DNA from: Owenia fusiformis
Lineage: Eukaryota
DNA length: 64,000 nt
Assembly (NCBI GenBank): GCA_903813345.2
Contig: CAIIXF020000001.1
Location: 28,892,001-28,956,000 of the forward strand
Direction: 5' to 3'
The notes under the pieces were generated by a model, which made no database searches, was not told where the DNA came from, and saw only the letters and a list, made by a program, of their open reading frames with translations. How positions within the stretch are numbered: the stretch's first letter is position 1; the number at the start of each line of letters is the position of its first letter. Shown one piece after another: positions 11,501 through 23,500 of this stretch. The position numbers were made by a program, and so were the translations under genes.

Positions 11501-14500
11501 CGAATCTTTAACTTCAATTGTAACTATACAAATCATATGCCAATGCTCTAATTGCACAAAGGAAGCCATTTTGAAAATTTGATGTCATACAAAAGGAAGT
11601 CATGAAGTGAGATGATTAATTAGAAGCCACTTATGTCTTCATGTATCTTACACATATAGGTATATAACATCAACACTTGGTACAATGCAATCATTGCACA
11701 ATGGTTCCAAACACAGAACATCTTTAATTTACAAGAGAACACTCAGGAAAGTTTTATGAATTTTTCTCAATTAGCTGGCTATTAAGGTACAGTAGTTATA
11801 GGACATCAGTCTTAGCCTAGGTAATCGATCATCTGCAAACTCAACACTATCATTTATGATAAGAATTGGTATTAGAGAAACAAGTATTTTGCTACAAGGC
11901 AACTATTGGCAAGTTGTTGGAAGGTTCTAATTTGCGAACATTTCAACAACGAGCCAAACTTTGAATTGTGACATGACAACACAGAACAATGAACATACCT
12001 GGATATGGTGAAGGATCTGGTGAAGGTTTTACCAAATCTTTACATTTTTCAACTATTGGCAAGTTATAGGAGACACTTTACTATAGAACAGTGGATCCTG
12101 AACTTGTCAAATGTCGAATATGGTTTATCAACAAGTATTAAAAGTAGGTCGTTAAATTATTGAGCGTTGTGTGTAACCAGTATCTTCAAACTTTGTAATG
12201 GGATCCGGAATGGAATAAGAGAATACATAATTTGGCAAGTTTCAGGAGACGCTTAAAAATTGAATAGCGGATTCTGAAGTTGTCAAATTTTGTGCTTTCT
12301 TAAATTAAACTAACAATACAAGAAAAAGATGGTACAATTAATCCATGGATTGGGTCTGTTTTTAATCAAGGATAAAAAAGAAGGGAAATATATTTGTCCA
12401 TCATAACCTTGCCATAACTGGGACTTCTCACTGGAGTTTCACAAGTATTGGCAAGTGAAGGAGGCACTGTTTTAATACCAGTGTCCTATCTTTTGTCAAA
12501 TTCTGTGAACTCAATATAATCAACTTAACTCTTACATGGCTAGGGGTGTCAAATTGTGAATTACAACTATTGGCAAGTAAAGAAGGCACTGTTTAATGTC
12601 AGTGTCCTTTCTTTTGTCAAATTCTGTGAACTCAATATAATCAACTTAACAATTACATGACGAGAAGCTTCAAATGGAGTATTACAAGTATTGGCAAGTG
12701 AAGGAGGCACTGTTTCAATTTCAGTGTCCTTTCTTTTGTCAAATTCTGTGAACTCAATATAATCAACTTAACTCTTTCATGGCTAGGTGTTTCAAATGGA
12801 GTATTACAAGTATTGGCAAGTGAAGGAGGCACTGTTTCAATTTCAGTGTCCTTTCTTTTGTCAAATTCTGTGAACTCAATATAATCAACTTAACTCTTAC
12901 ATGGCTAAGAGCTTCAAATGGAGTATTACAAGTATTGGCAAGTGAAGGAGGCACTGTTTCAATTTCAGTGTCCTTTCTTTTGTCAAATTCTGTGAACTCA
13001 ATATAATCAACTTAACTCTTACATGGCTAAGAGCTTCAAATGGAGTATTACAAGTATTGGCAAGTGAAGGAGGCACTGTTTCAATATCAGTGTCCTTTCT
13101 TTTGTCAAATTCTGTGAACTCAATATAATCAACTTAACTCTTACATGGCTAGGAGCTTCAAATGGAGTATTACAAGTATTGGCAAGTGAAGGAGGCACTA
13201 TTTCAATTTCAGTGTCCTTTCTTTTGTCAAATTTTGTGAACTCAATATAATCAACTTAACTCTTACATGGCTAGGAGCTTCAAATGGACTATTACAAGTA
13301 TTGGCAAGTGAAGGAGGCACTGTTTCGATTTCAGTGTCCTTTCTTTTGTCAAATTTTGTGAACTCAATATAATCAACTTAACTCTTACATGGCTAGGAGC
13401 TTCAAATGGAGTATTACAAGTATTGGCAAGTGAAGGAGGCACTGTTTCAATTTCAGTGTTCTTTCTTTTGTCAAATTCTGTGAACTCAATATAATCAACT
13501 TAAATCTTACATGGCTAGGAGCTTCAAATGGAGTATTACAAGTATTGGCAAGTGAAGGAGGCACTGTTTCAATTTCAGTGTTCTTTCTTTTGTCAAATTC
13601 TGTGAACTCAATATAATCAACTTAAATCTTACATGGCTAGGAGCTTCAAATGGAGTATTACAAGTATTGGCAAGTGAAGGAGGCACTGTTTCAATTTCAG
13701 TGTCCTTTCTTTTGTCAAATTTTGTGAACTCAATATAACTAACTTATTTCTTACATGGCTAGGAGTTTCAAATGGAGTTTCACAAGTATTGGCAAGTGAA
13801 GGAGGCACTGTTTCAATTTCAGTGTCCTTTCTTTTGTCAAATTTTGTGAACTTGACAACATCAACCTAACTCTTACATGGCTAGGAGTTTCAAATGGAGT
13901 ATTACAAGTATTGGCAAGTGAAGGAGGCACTGTTTCAATTTCAGTGTCCTTTCTTTTGTCAAATTCTGTGAACTCAGTATAATCAACTTAACTCTTACAT
14001 GGCTAGGAGCTTCAAATGGAGTATTACAAGTATTGGTCCTTTCTTTTGTCAAATTCTGTGAACTCAATATAATCAACTTAACTCTTACATGGCTAAGAAG
14101 TTTCTAATGGAGTTTTACAAGTATTGGCAAGTGAAGGAGGCACTGTTTCAATTTCAGTGTCCTTTCTTTTGTCAAATTCTGTGAACTCAATGCAATCAAC
14201 TTAACTCTTACATAGCAAGGTATTTCAAATGTAGTGTTACAAGTATTGGCAAGTGAAGGAGGCACTGTTTCGATTTCAGTGTCCTTTCTTTTGTCAAATT
14301 CTGTGAACTAAATATAATCAACTTAACTCTTACATGGCTAGGGGTGTCAAATTGAGTATTACAAGATTTGGCAAGTGAAGGAGGCACTGTTTTTATAACA
14401 GTATCCTTTCTTTTGTCAAATTCTGTGAACTCAATATAATCAACTTAACTCTTACATGGCTAGGGGTGTCAAATTGAGAATTACAAGTATTGGCAAGTGA

Positions 14501-17500
14501 AGGAGGCACTGTTTTAATATCAGTGTCCTTTCTTTTGTCAAATTCTGTGAACTTGACAACATCAACCTAACTCTTACATGGCTAGGAGTTTCAAATGGAG
14601 TATTACAAGTATTGGCAAGTGAAGGAGGCACTGTTTCAAATTCAGTGTTCTTTCTTTTGTCAAATTCTGTGAAATCAACATAATCAACTTAATTGTTACA
14701 TGGCTAGGAGTTTCAAATTGAGGATTACAAGTATTGGCAAGTGAAGGAGGCACTGTTTTAATATCAGTGTTCTTTCTTTTGTCAAATTCTGTGAACTCAA
14801 CATAATCAACTTAATTGTTACATGGCTAGGAGTTTCAAATTGAGGATTACAAGTATTGGCAAGTGAAGGAGGCACTGTTTTAATATCAGTGTCCTTTCTT
14901 TTGTCAAATTCTGTGAACTCAACATAATCAACTTAATTGTTACATGGCTAGGAGTTTCAAATTGAGGATTACAAGTATTGGCAAGTGATGGAGGCACTGT
15001 TTTAATATCAGTGTCCTTTCTTTTGTCAAATTCTGTGAACTCAATATAATCAACTTAATTCTTACATGGCAAGGTGTTTCAAATGGAGTATTACAAGTAT
15101 TGGCAAGTGAAGGAGGCACTGTTTTTATATCAGTGTCCTTTCTTTTGTCAAATTCTGTGAACTCAACATAATCAACTTAATTCTTACATGACAAAGAGCT
15201 TCAAATGGAGTATTACAAGTATTGGCAAGTGAAGGAGGCACTGTTTTAATATCAGTGTCCTTTCTTTTGTCAAATTCTGTGAACTCAACATAATCAACTT
15301 AACTCTTACATGGCTAGGAGTTTCAAATGGAGTATTACAAGTATTGGCAAGTGAAGGAGGCACTGTTTCAATTTCAGTGTTCTTTCTTTTGTCAAATTCT
15401 GTGAACTCAACATAATCAACTTAATTGTTACATGGCTAGGGGTGTCAAATTGAGGATTACAAGTATTGGCAAGTGAAGGAGGCACTGTTTTAATATCACC
15501 GTCCTTTCTTTTGTCAAATTCTGTGAACTTGACAACATCAACTTAACTCTTACATGGCTAGGAGTTTCAAATGGAGAATTACAAGTATTGGCAAGTGAAG
15601 GAGGCACTGTTTTAATATCAGTGTCCTTTCTTTTGTCAAATTCTGTGAACTCAATATAATCAACTTAACTCTTTCATGGCTAGGAGCTTCGAATGGAGTA
15701 TTACAAGTATTGGCAAGTGAAGGAGGCACTGTTTCAATATCAGTGTCCTTTCTTTTGTCAAATTCTGTGAACTTGACAACATCAACCTAACTCTTACATG
15801 GCTAGGAGTTTCAAATGGAGTATTACAAGTATTGGCAAGTGAAGGAGGCACTGTTTCAATTTCAGTGTTCTTTCTTTTGTCAAATTCTGTGAACTCAATA
15901 TAATCAACTTAACTCTTACATGGCTAGGCGCTTCAAATGGAGTATTACAAGTATTTGCAAGTGAAGGAGGCACTGTTTCAATTTCAGTGTTCTTTCTTTT
16001 GTCAAATTCTGTGAACTCAACATAATCAACTTAATTGTTACATGGCTAGGGGTGTCAAATGGAGTATTTCAAGTATTGGCAAGTGAAGGAGGCACTGTTT
16101 CAATTTCAGTGTCTTTTCTTTTGTTAAATTATGTGAACTCAATATATCAACTGAACTCTTACATGGCTAGGAGTTTCAAATGGAGTATAAAAAGTATTGG
16201 TGAAGGCACTATGTGTGAGTACTTATCAGCATAGGACACAATATACCACAAGTGTTTTAATTTTTTATGCTTACGATAATGCTCTTTTTGACAAAGGTGT
16301 CACTGAATCAACTTTCTATGATCCGTCTTTTTGAAATTCAATCTCAATATTTCTCCAACTGATATCATTTAGGGGCTTCAGTTTTTTCATTAAGATGCTG
16401 AACACAGCAGTTCAAGTTAAAGTGTATTCCTCCAACCTGTAAGAGAATTGGGATGAAGTTGATGAAAGACAAACATTGAAACAGCTGGACTTACTGGGTG
16501 ATTTTCTCTCCAATCTAAGATTTTTGCCTGTAACTCTACCCTCCTGTCATCAGTCAGACCTGGTGGTCTCTGCCATGGGGGAGGCTCACGTCTCTTCACT
16601 CTTAATCTCTCTAACCATTTACGAACCTTTAGTAAACCAGAATTAAAGTTATCATTGCATATAAACATTCAAATTGCATGATATGTGATGTACATATATA
16701 TTAGTATTGAAATAGTTTGGCATTTTTTCCAGCAGACTCTTGTGGTACATGCATATTATATGACTGTTTTTATTTCCTGAATTTTAACATTAATTTCTAA
16801 AGATATGCTGTTGAGAATAAATAAAATCTAAATATATATTGGTTCTGAGAAGGAGATGAATGAAAGTGAATGGTTTCAAGTACTATACTAATAATAATTA
16901 AATCTCAAAGTTTATTTATAGACATTGAACCTGGGAAGGAGCAAGGTGTCAGAACAAACATTTCAATATTTACATGAAATATTGAGTTTCTAAAAACATC
17001 ACACAAAACTTGCAAGTTCAAAACCCAAGATTTTCCCAAGAAGTTTTCAAATGGACCAATTCTATTATGCATAAAGACAAAACACCTATAGAAAGAATAT
17101 ATTGAGTATCAATACAGACATGTATGGTGTCCTTTAATATATAACTGTATCCATAGAACCTCGCGTAATACTCATATAGGCAAACATTATGTCCCAATAT
17201 TTGGCCTATGTCTATAGACACTCAAATTGATGACTCCTTGAAATTCTGCTCTCATACAGTCTTAATGTCACAACATACATATGGAATACCTACCGCCCTT
17301 TGTATAATTATCACAGATCTTAATCTCTTTGTGGCCCGTTTCCTGGCATTTGGACTACCTATGGACTTTCTTTGTCTGTACCCCCGGAATTGTGCCTGTA
17401 TTTTTATTGCAGCTCTCTGTTGTTCTTTTTCAAGGTATTGGTCCATCTGACCTATACATACCACATGTGAATAATTCAACGCAAAGGTTCATGTTAAAAA

Positions 17501-20500
17501 AATCTGGAACAATATTTCAATCTTAAAAAGCAGGAAATATTAGCTGATGTATGTATAATTTGAATGAAAGCTATTTCCAGCCTTGAGACTATACAGGGAG
17601 GGGATGATTTTTATAGATCCTTTTACAAGGTGGAGGTCACTTTTTGACACCCCTGGTGGTCAAACATTCAATGTTCTACCCACCAGCTGGTAATATCCTA
17701 ATTGCCTCCAGCTGTTTATTCCTCAGGTCCCTCATGGCCTTCTTCCTCCTTAGCAACAATAGGTGTTGCAGCTCTTGCTGCATGGCTCGCATTTCTCTCG
17801 CTTTTTCCGCCTTTTCACGTTTTGCCCTACAATGTTATTAAGTGAATCATGGCGTTAAGCAGGTCATTTCTCATGGTTTTGGAATCTCAAATCAGAATGT
17901 GAATTCAAGAGTCCTGGTTTTATGACACATTAGAAATACAGTGATAAATCAAATATCCCTTAATCTTTATTTTGAGATATATTTTACTTTATTCAATCAA
18001 GACATTCAAAATATTTCTCTAACACCTATTTATTTACTCAGAGAATTAACACTTTAATGTTGTATTTACATTATGACTTTCATAAAAGTGAAATCAGAAC
18101 AGAATTTATCCTACTTAATTACCTGAATGATTTCTGTAGTTTGCCCATAGCTTTATCAGCTCGATTAAGCTTTTTTCTTGTCTTGAAACTTCTAAACATG
18201 GCTTGTATTGTACAAGCTGCTCTATGCAGCCTCTGAATAGCAAATAAAAACAATGAATGCAAATGCAGTAATTCAAACTCCTAGATACTGAATGTGTTTT
18301 TCAACACATTGGCATACTTGTATTGAAAGGATCATTATTGTGGTGTCCATTGCAATGTACATGTATGCTAAAACATTCTCTGGAGAACACTACATAATGG
18401 TATCTGGATTACTATATGAGTGATCAATTATAACTACTTCTTCACAGATTGTATGGCTATTTACTTCAGATAGTTTTGCTGTTTTATACCTCCATATCTG
18501 CCTTTTGTTTATTGCCTGTATCCAATAACAGCAGTAATTGCCTCAGATCTCTTCCAAATCCCTTGCCAGTCCACTTGCTTAACAATGGCCTCAGACCTCT
18601 AAATAATATTCATAGAATATATTGTGTATGAAGCTTTATGATATACAATGGATCTATCAATATAAGAAAGAAGAACTCATCAAATAATATGTTATAAGAC
18701 ATGAGAGGCCCAGAAATATACAGGGTCGTACAGTATACCCCCACTCAGAATGATGTAATTTCAATATCATGGCCAATATGCCCATGTTGCCAGGTCAAAA
18801 TCCCCATAAAGAAGACACCTCTTTCATGCAGTCACGTGTCATCAAGCTTTTACATTTTACATTAATTTCAGAAAAGATTATTCAAAATTTTCAATAAAGA
18901 AGTGAAACATTTTAGAGTAATGTGTAAATCTTACTTGTATCTGCTACACAGTATCTCTATCATAGTAGCCTGGGCATCACACAGTGTCAGTAGGCACTTT
19001 GTACTTGCACTTAAAAAACATACAGTAAATGTTATTGTTAATTCAGCAATCCATGCATGGTAAAGACTACAGTATAATTAAGGTAGGGCCAGCTTGAATC
19101 AATTAACAGAAAGAATAAACAGTGATCTATTTCTAAAAAAATTTCGAACTTAAACTTTTTTAAATATTATATTCTAAAAATAAAGAATTCTTCCATCCAT
19201 TGTTGTCACTATGTAATTCACAATGCATGGATTAATGAGAAAAGACCTTGAAATTTCAAAAATTTTATATCTTTTGTCAAATTCAATTAACATTTCAATA
19301 CATTCTCAACAGATTTGTGTTATGCACATAACCCTGATGAAAAAATTATGTTTTGATAAAACTCAAATTTTTGAACATTTCTTTGTCTAAATTGGCATTT
19401 TGTCAAGAAATTAGAATTTCACATTCAACTGAGAATTTATCCCATAGAGAGCAGTATTGAACTTACCTTCCTACAGATTCATCCATGCTAGCAGAGAGTT
19501 TGTAGATAAGCTCATCTAATATATTATGTAGGACCTTGTTATCTACAGTCACTGGGGCCAACCTAGACAAACAAGATGTATCATCAGTTATGATTTACAG
19601 AAAATCAGGCCAGCATGATCAACAGTGACCAACATGATCAACATTTAAATAACTAGCTCTCATTGTGAAGCTAGTCCCGCCAGTATTCAGTAAGGCCATG
19701 TTTTACTTTTCAATATTCACTCAAGTAGACTAATAAAGGGATGGTGAGTATTATAAACCATTTGCATGTGTTTGAGTTGGCTTCTTTAAAAAAGAGCTTC
19801 TTTGAGTTAGAGATAATCCCTTGAACTAGCCTTAATCAATCAAAATACTGAGAATATGGTCGATGAAATCCAGCAATCCAATCAAAATATCATTCACTAA
19901 ATTTTGCTTCTTTAAAAGAGAACTTCTTTGAACTAGCCTTAACCAATCAAAATACTGAGAATATGTTCAATACGAGATCAAGCAATCCAATCAAAATATG
20001 ATTTCCTAAATATTTTGCTTTCATAAGAACCTGGCATTTAGTTTATATTGAAACTGTCATTGAAGGGTATGATAGTTACTTTTGAGGTGACTAAGATCTC
20101 ATCAGCATAATTGTAAGTTTATTTTTCCTGTACAGAGTCTAATATATTAGATATTATATAATCTGAACAATGACTACAGATGTACTTACAGATTGACTCT
20201 AACTACACTTATTATTATACTGATGACTACAACAGCTGTTTCTACATCATCTGTCAGCAGCAGCTGTAGCAGCCATGGTGAGCTCAAAGCTGAATTAAAA
20301 TAAAACAAGTATATATTTTGATTTACATAACAAAAGTGTGATAAACCAGAATGGCTTATGCTTGATTTATAAATGGTATCCAAAACTTGAATTTTAGAAG
20401 ATTTACCATGAGTCCAACAACACATAGTAAAACCTGTCTGAGTGGAACACATTTGGTACCTCTAAAATGTGTTCCACTTGAGAGGTGTTCCACTTATGGA

Positions 20501-23500
20501 GGTTCATTTAACAATAAGTCAGTTGGTCTTGGGACTCTGAAATGTGTTCCACTTCTAGAGGTGTTCCACTTCACAGGTTTCACTGAATATATTTTCACAA
20601 TATATGGATATTTCTAATACATTTGTAACTAAATGCCTACCATTCACTGTCAAAGATGTATGACCACTAAACAAGTAACGTAAGGAATCTGCAACCAGTT
20701 TAAAGTCATCTAGCATCTGTTCTTTGCTTCTCTTGGTTGCCTAAAATGAAAAATAGTTCAAATCAATTAATTTATCATATTAAATCCTCTCTTTAAATGC
20801 TGGCCCGGGTAAAATGTACACAATGAGGGATTCTTATAACATGGTCATCAATGTAAAGAATGGATGGCTTTAGAATGAGTTGTTCACTATAGACAAGTGT
20901 GTAAATGGAATCTAAAATTATGAATCAAAAATACAAGACTTTACCACTGATGTTTCTATATATTTTTCTTGAATTCTCCATGCAAGGATTAACATATTTT
21001 CTATGGCATCAGGAAGCAGTTTATCATAGAAATCACTCTCCCCACTGGGTTCAATTCCAACACAACACTGGCTGAAAAACACACATGAAAAATATTAAAC
21101 AAACCTAGTGCTGAGCATTGAATGGTAGTATTTTGGAGTATACTATAGGAGTGTTCTAATTTTGTCAAAATCAAATACCCATTAACCTATTTAGGAAGAT
21201 TATTCTGCTTTCTATACCATGTGAATTGGTGGTGATAGAACATGAACAGAATCACTCCTCAATGCATCAATGAGCATGTATGCATTTAAAAAATTATAAT
21301 ACATTTACAGGGTTCTCACCAGGAAATTTTTAGACCTTGAATTTTTCACTGTACTCCTCCCCCATGTGTGATCAGAGATATCCTATTAGTATACTTTTCA
21401 AAATACTTCTTAAGAGATTATCTTCCTATTTTAATCACGATTCAACATTTCTAAAAGGTTTCTGACCTCCTATTCCTCATTTGTATCCAGTTTTAGGTAT
21501 TTTCCCAAGAGATTTACCACAAATAACGTGACAAAAATGTAAAATTAGACTCCGGAAAAAACACTCTAGACTCTGGAAAAGCTTTTAGACTCTGAAGCAA
21601 GAGGGTCTAAAGACATTGGACTCTGGAGGATCTCCAGAGTCTAAAAGCCTAGTGAGAACCCTGATTTACCAGAGTATAATACCCACTCCCCCCAGTTTTC
21701 TGCAAGTTAAAATGCTCAATTCTGCAAGTGAAATTAGTGAATTCTGCAAGAAGAAAGGGCTAATTCTGCAGAAATTCCGCGGATATTCGCGGCATTTTTT
21801 TATATAATATAAATAAATGTTATTAATTTATGTCTTTGTTTAACTTTCTGACGAGAACCGAAAGAAAAACTAATGGTTTTCAAACCAGTAAACGGGAAAA
21901 TATCGTGATAGTCAGGTAGTCAGTCACTACATACATGCTGCCATCTAACGGCAGAAATCAAACGATGGCGTTTAGAATTTTCACTTCGCATAATTTGGGT
22001 TATTTCTGCAAGGGATTTGACTGAAAACGTGTCAAATTGTTACAGGTAAGACTGACTTTTTAAACTTTTGGAAAATATATGGATCCTGCGGAAAATTCCG
22101 CGGAAATTGACCAAAATAGTTGATTCTGCAATTCCGCGGGCAGAGGCAAATTCCGTTCGCGCTCTGCAAACACGGAATCCTGGGGGCAGTGAATACCTAC
22201 CTCACTACTTTAGATAACTGAGCAGCTGTATTCCATCCTTGAGCAACTTTTGTATAGTCCTGTTTAAGCACCAAGATGAGCACTGGGAGTAAATCATAGG
22301 ACCATATATCATTCTTCAACTGCTTAATCTGCTTACTTCCAGAAGGGGTTGCATCTAGGTACTCTGGAGCAAAATATTTTAAGATAATAGAATGTACAGT
22401 ATTTTCAGTTTTTCAATGATTCCAGTGAAATACAGAAAATATTTTGCCAGAGACAACCGAACCGTATCACAATGGTAACGTCATTTTCACTCTGTATCCC
22501 ACGATAAGTTGAGAGTGTGTAAATGTACAGAATATATTTCAGTCACATGGACCAATCAGGTTGCAGGGAATTTCACCATTATGGAATAAATGTATATATC
22601 TTTTCATTGTAAACCAATGTAGAATAATGTTGAATTTTCAAAGGACTAATATTGTAGACTTTCAAGATAAACTTATGGACTGTCAATTATACTCAGTAGA
22701 TGGCATACATATTCAGTGGTGTAAATTATAAACATGAACCCCCATAAAATATATACACAAGCATTGATTCAGGCTAATGGCTGTTAAGTGAACATTTTTG
22801 ACTCCGAAAACCTTGTTCGTGAAGTGTACTTGTCTTGACCGTGCATAATAATGACCTAACGCTGCAGGGCCATCGTTTCTCATTGGCACAAGACGACAAT
22901 GCTGTTTCTGGTCAATCTGAATATCAGCGAAATGTCCGAGAGTATCAACGAAAGGTAAGTGCCCAGTGGTATGTATTAGATTGATGCCAATATTTAAACT
23001 TGGTGGCAATCTAAATTTCTTTTTACTATCTGTGACCATTATCTCAAAAAAAAAGACATTTGACAAGTACAAAAGATTATATGATTAGATCTAAGCTTAG
23101 ACTAGAGGTAAAAATAAACTAAATAAACCTAAAAACTAAATAAAATAACAGTGAGTAGGCTAACATTTAAAAAACAGGCACAGCTTACTCTACCGACTGT
23201 CAGCTCTGGGAAGTTGGATGTATGTATACTTGAAGAGAATAAATCAAGCCCATTTTCACATAACGCTGTGCTGAGTAGTGTTTATAACACGCTATATATT
23301 TGAATCAATACATAATTTAATTGTTGTTACCTTATTTTGTTCCTTTAACAGTCTGTTGTTGCAGTAAATCAATGTTCTATTAGACAACAAAACTTTTGAA
23401 TTTAGATTCAAGCCATTTTAGGTCTCGCCAGATCTCGTGACTATCGAAAGTAAAAATTTGCTACAAAATAACTTGCGTTAGCTAAATATGAATAGTCACG

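Noticed and set aside
12430-16212. CRISPR array, hammerhead-ribozyme satellite or repeat-protein gene
   Set aside because: No unique spacers or cas genes and the context is eukaryotic; no CUGAUGA/GAAA hammerhead core seen in the unit; the 122-bp period is not a multiple of 3 and the short ORFs hit stops within two units.
22713-23072. 119-aa ORF in IQCB1 intron 1
   Set aside because: Non-ATG start, no recognisable motif, and not needed for the IQCB1 reading frame.
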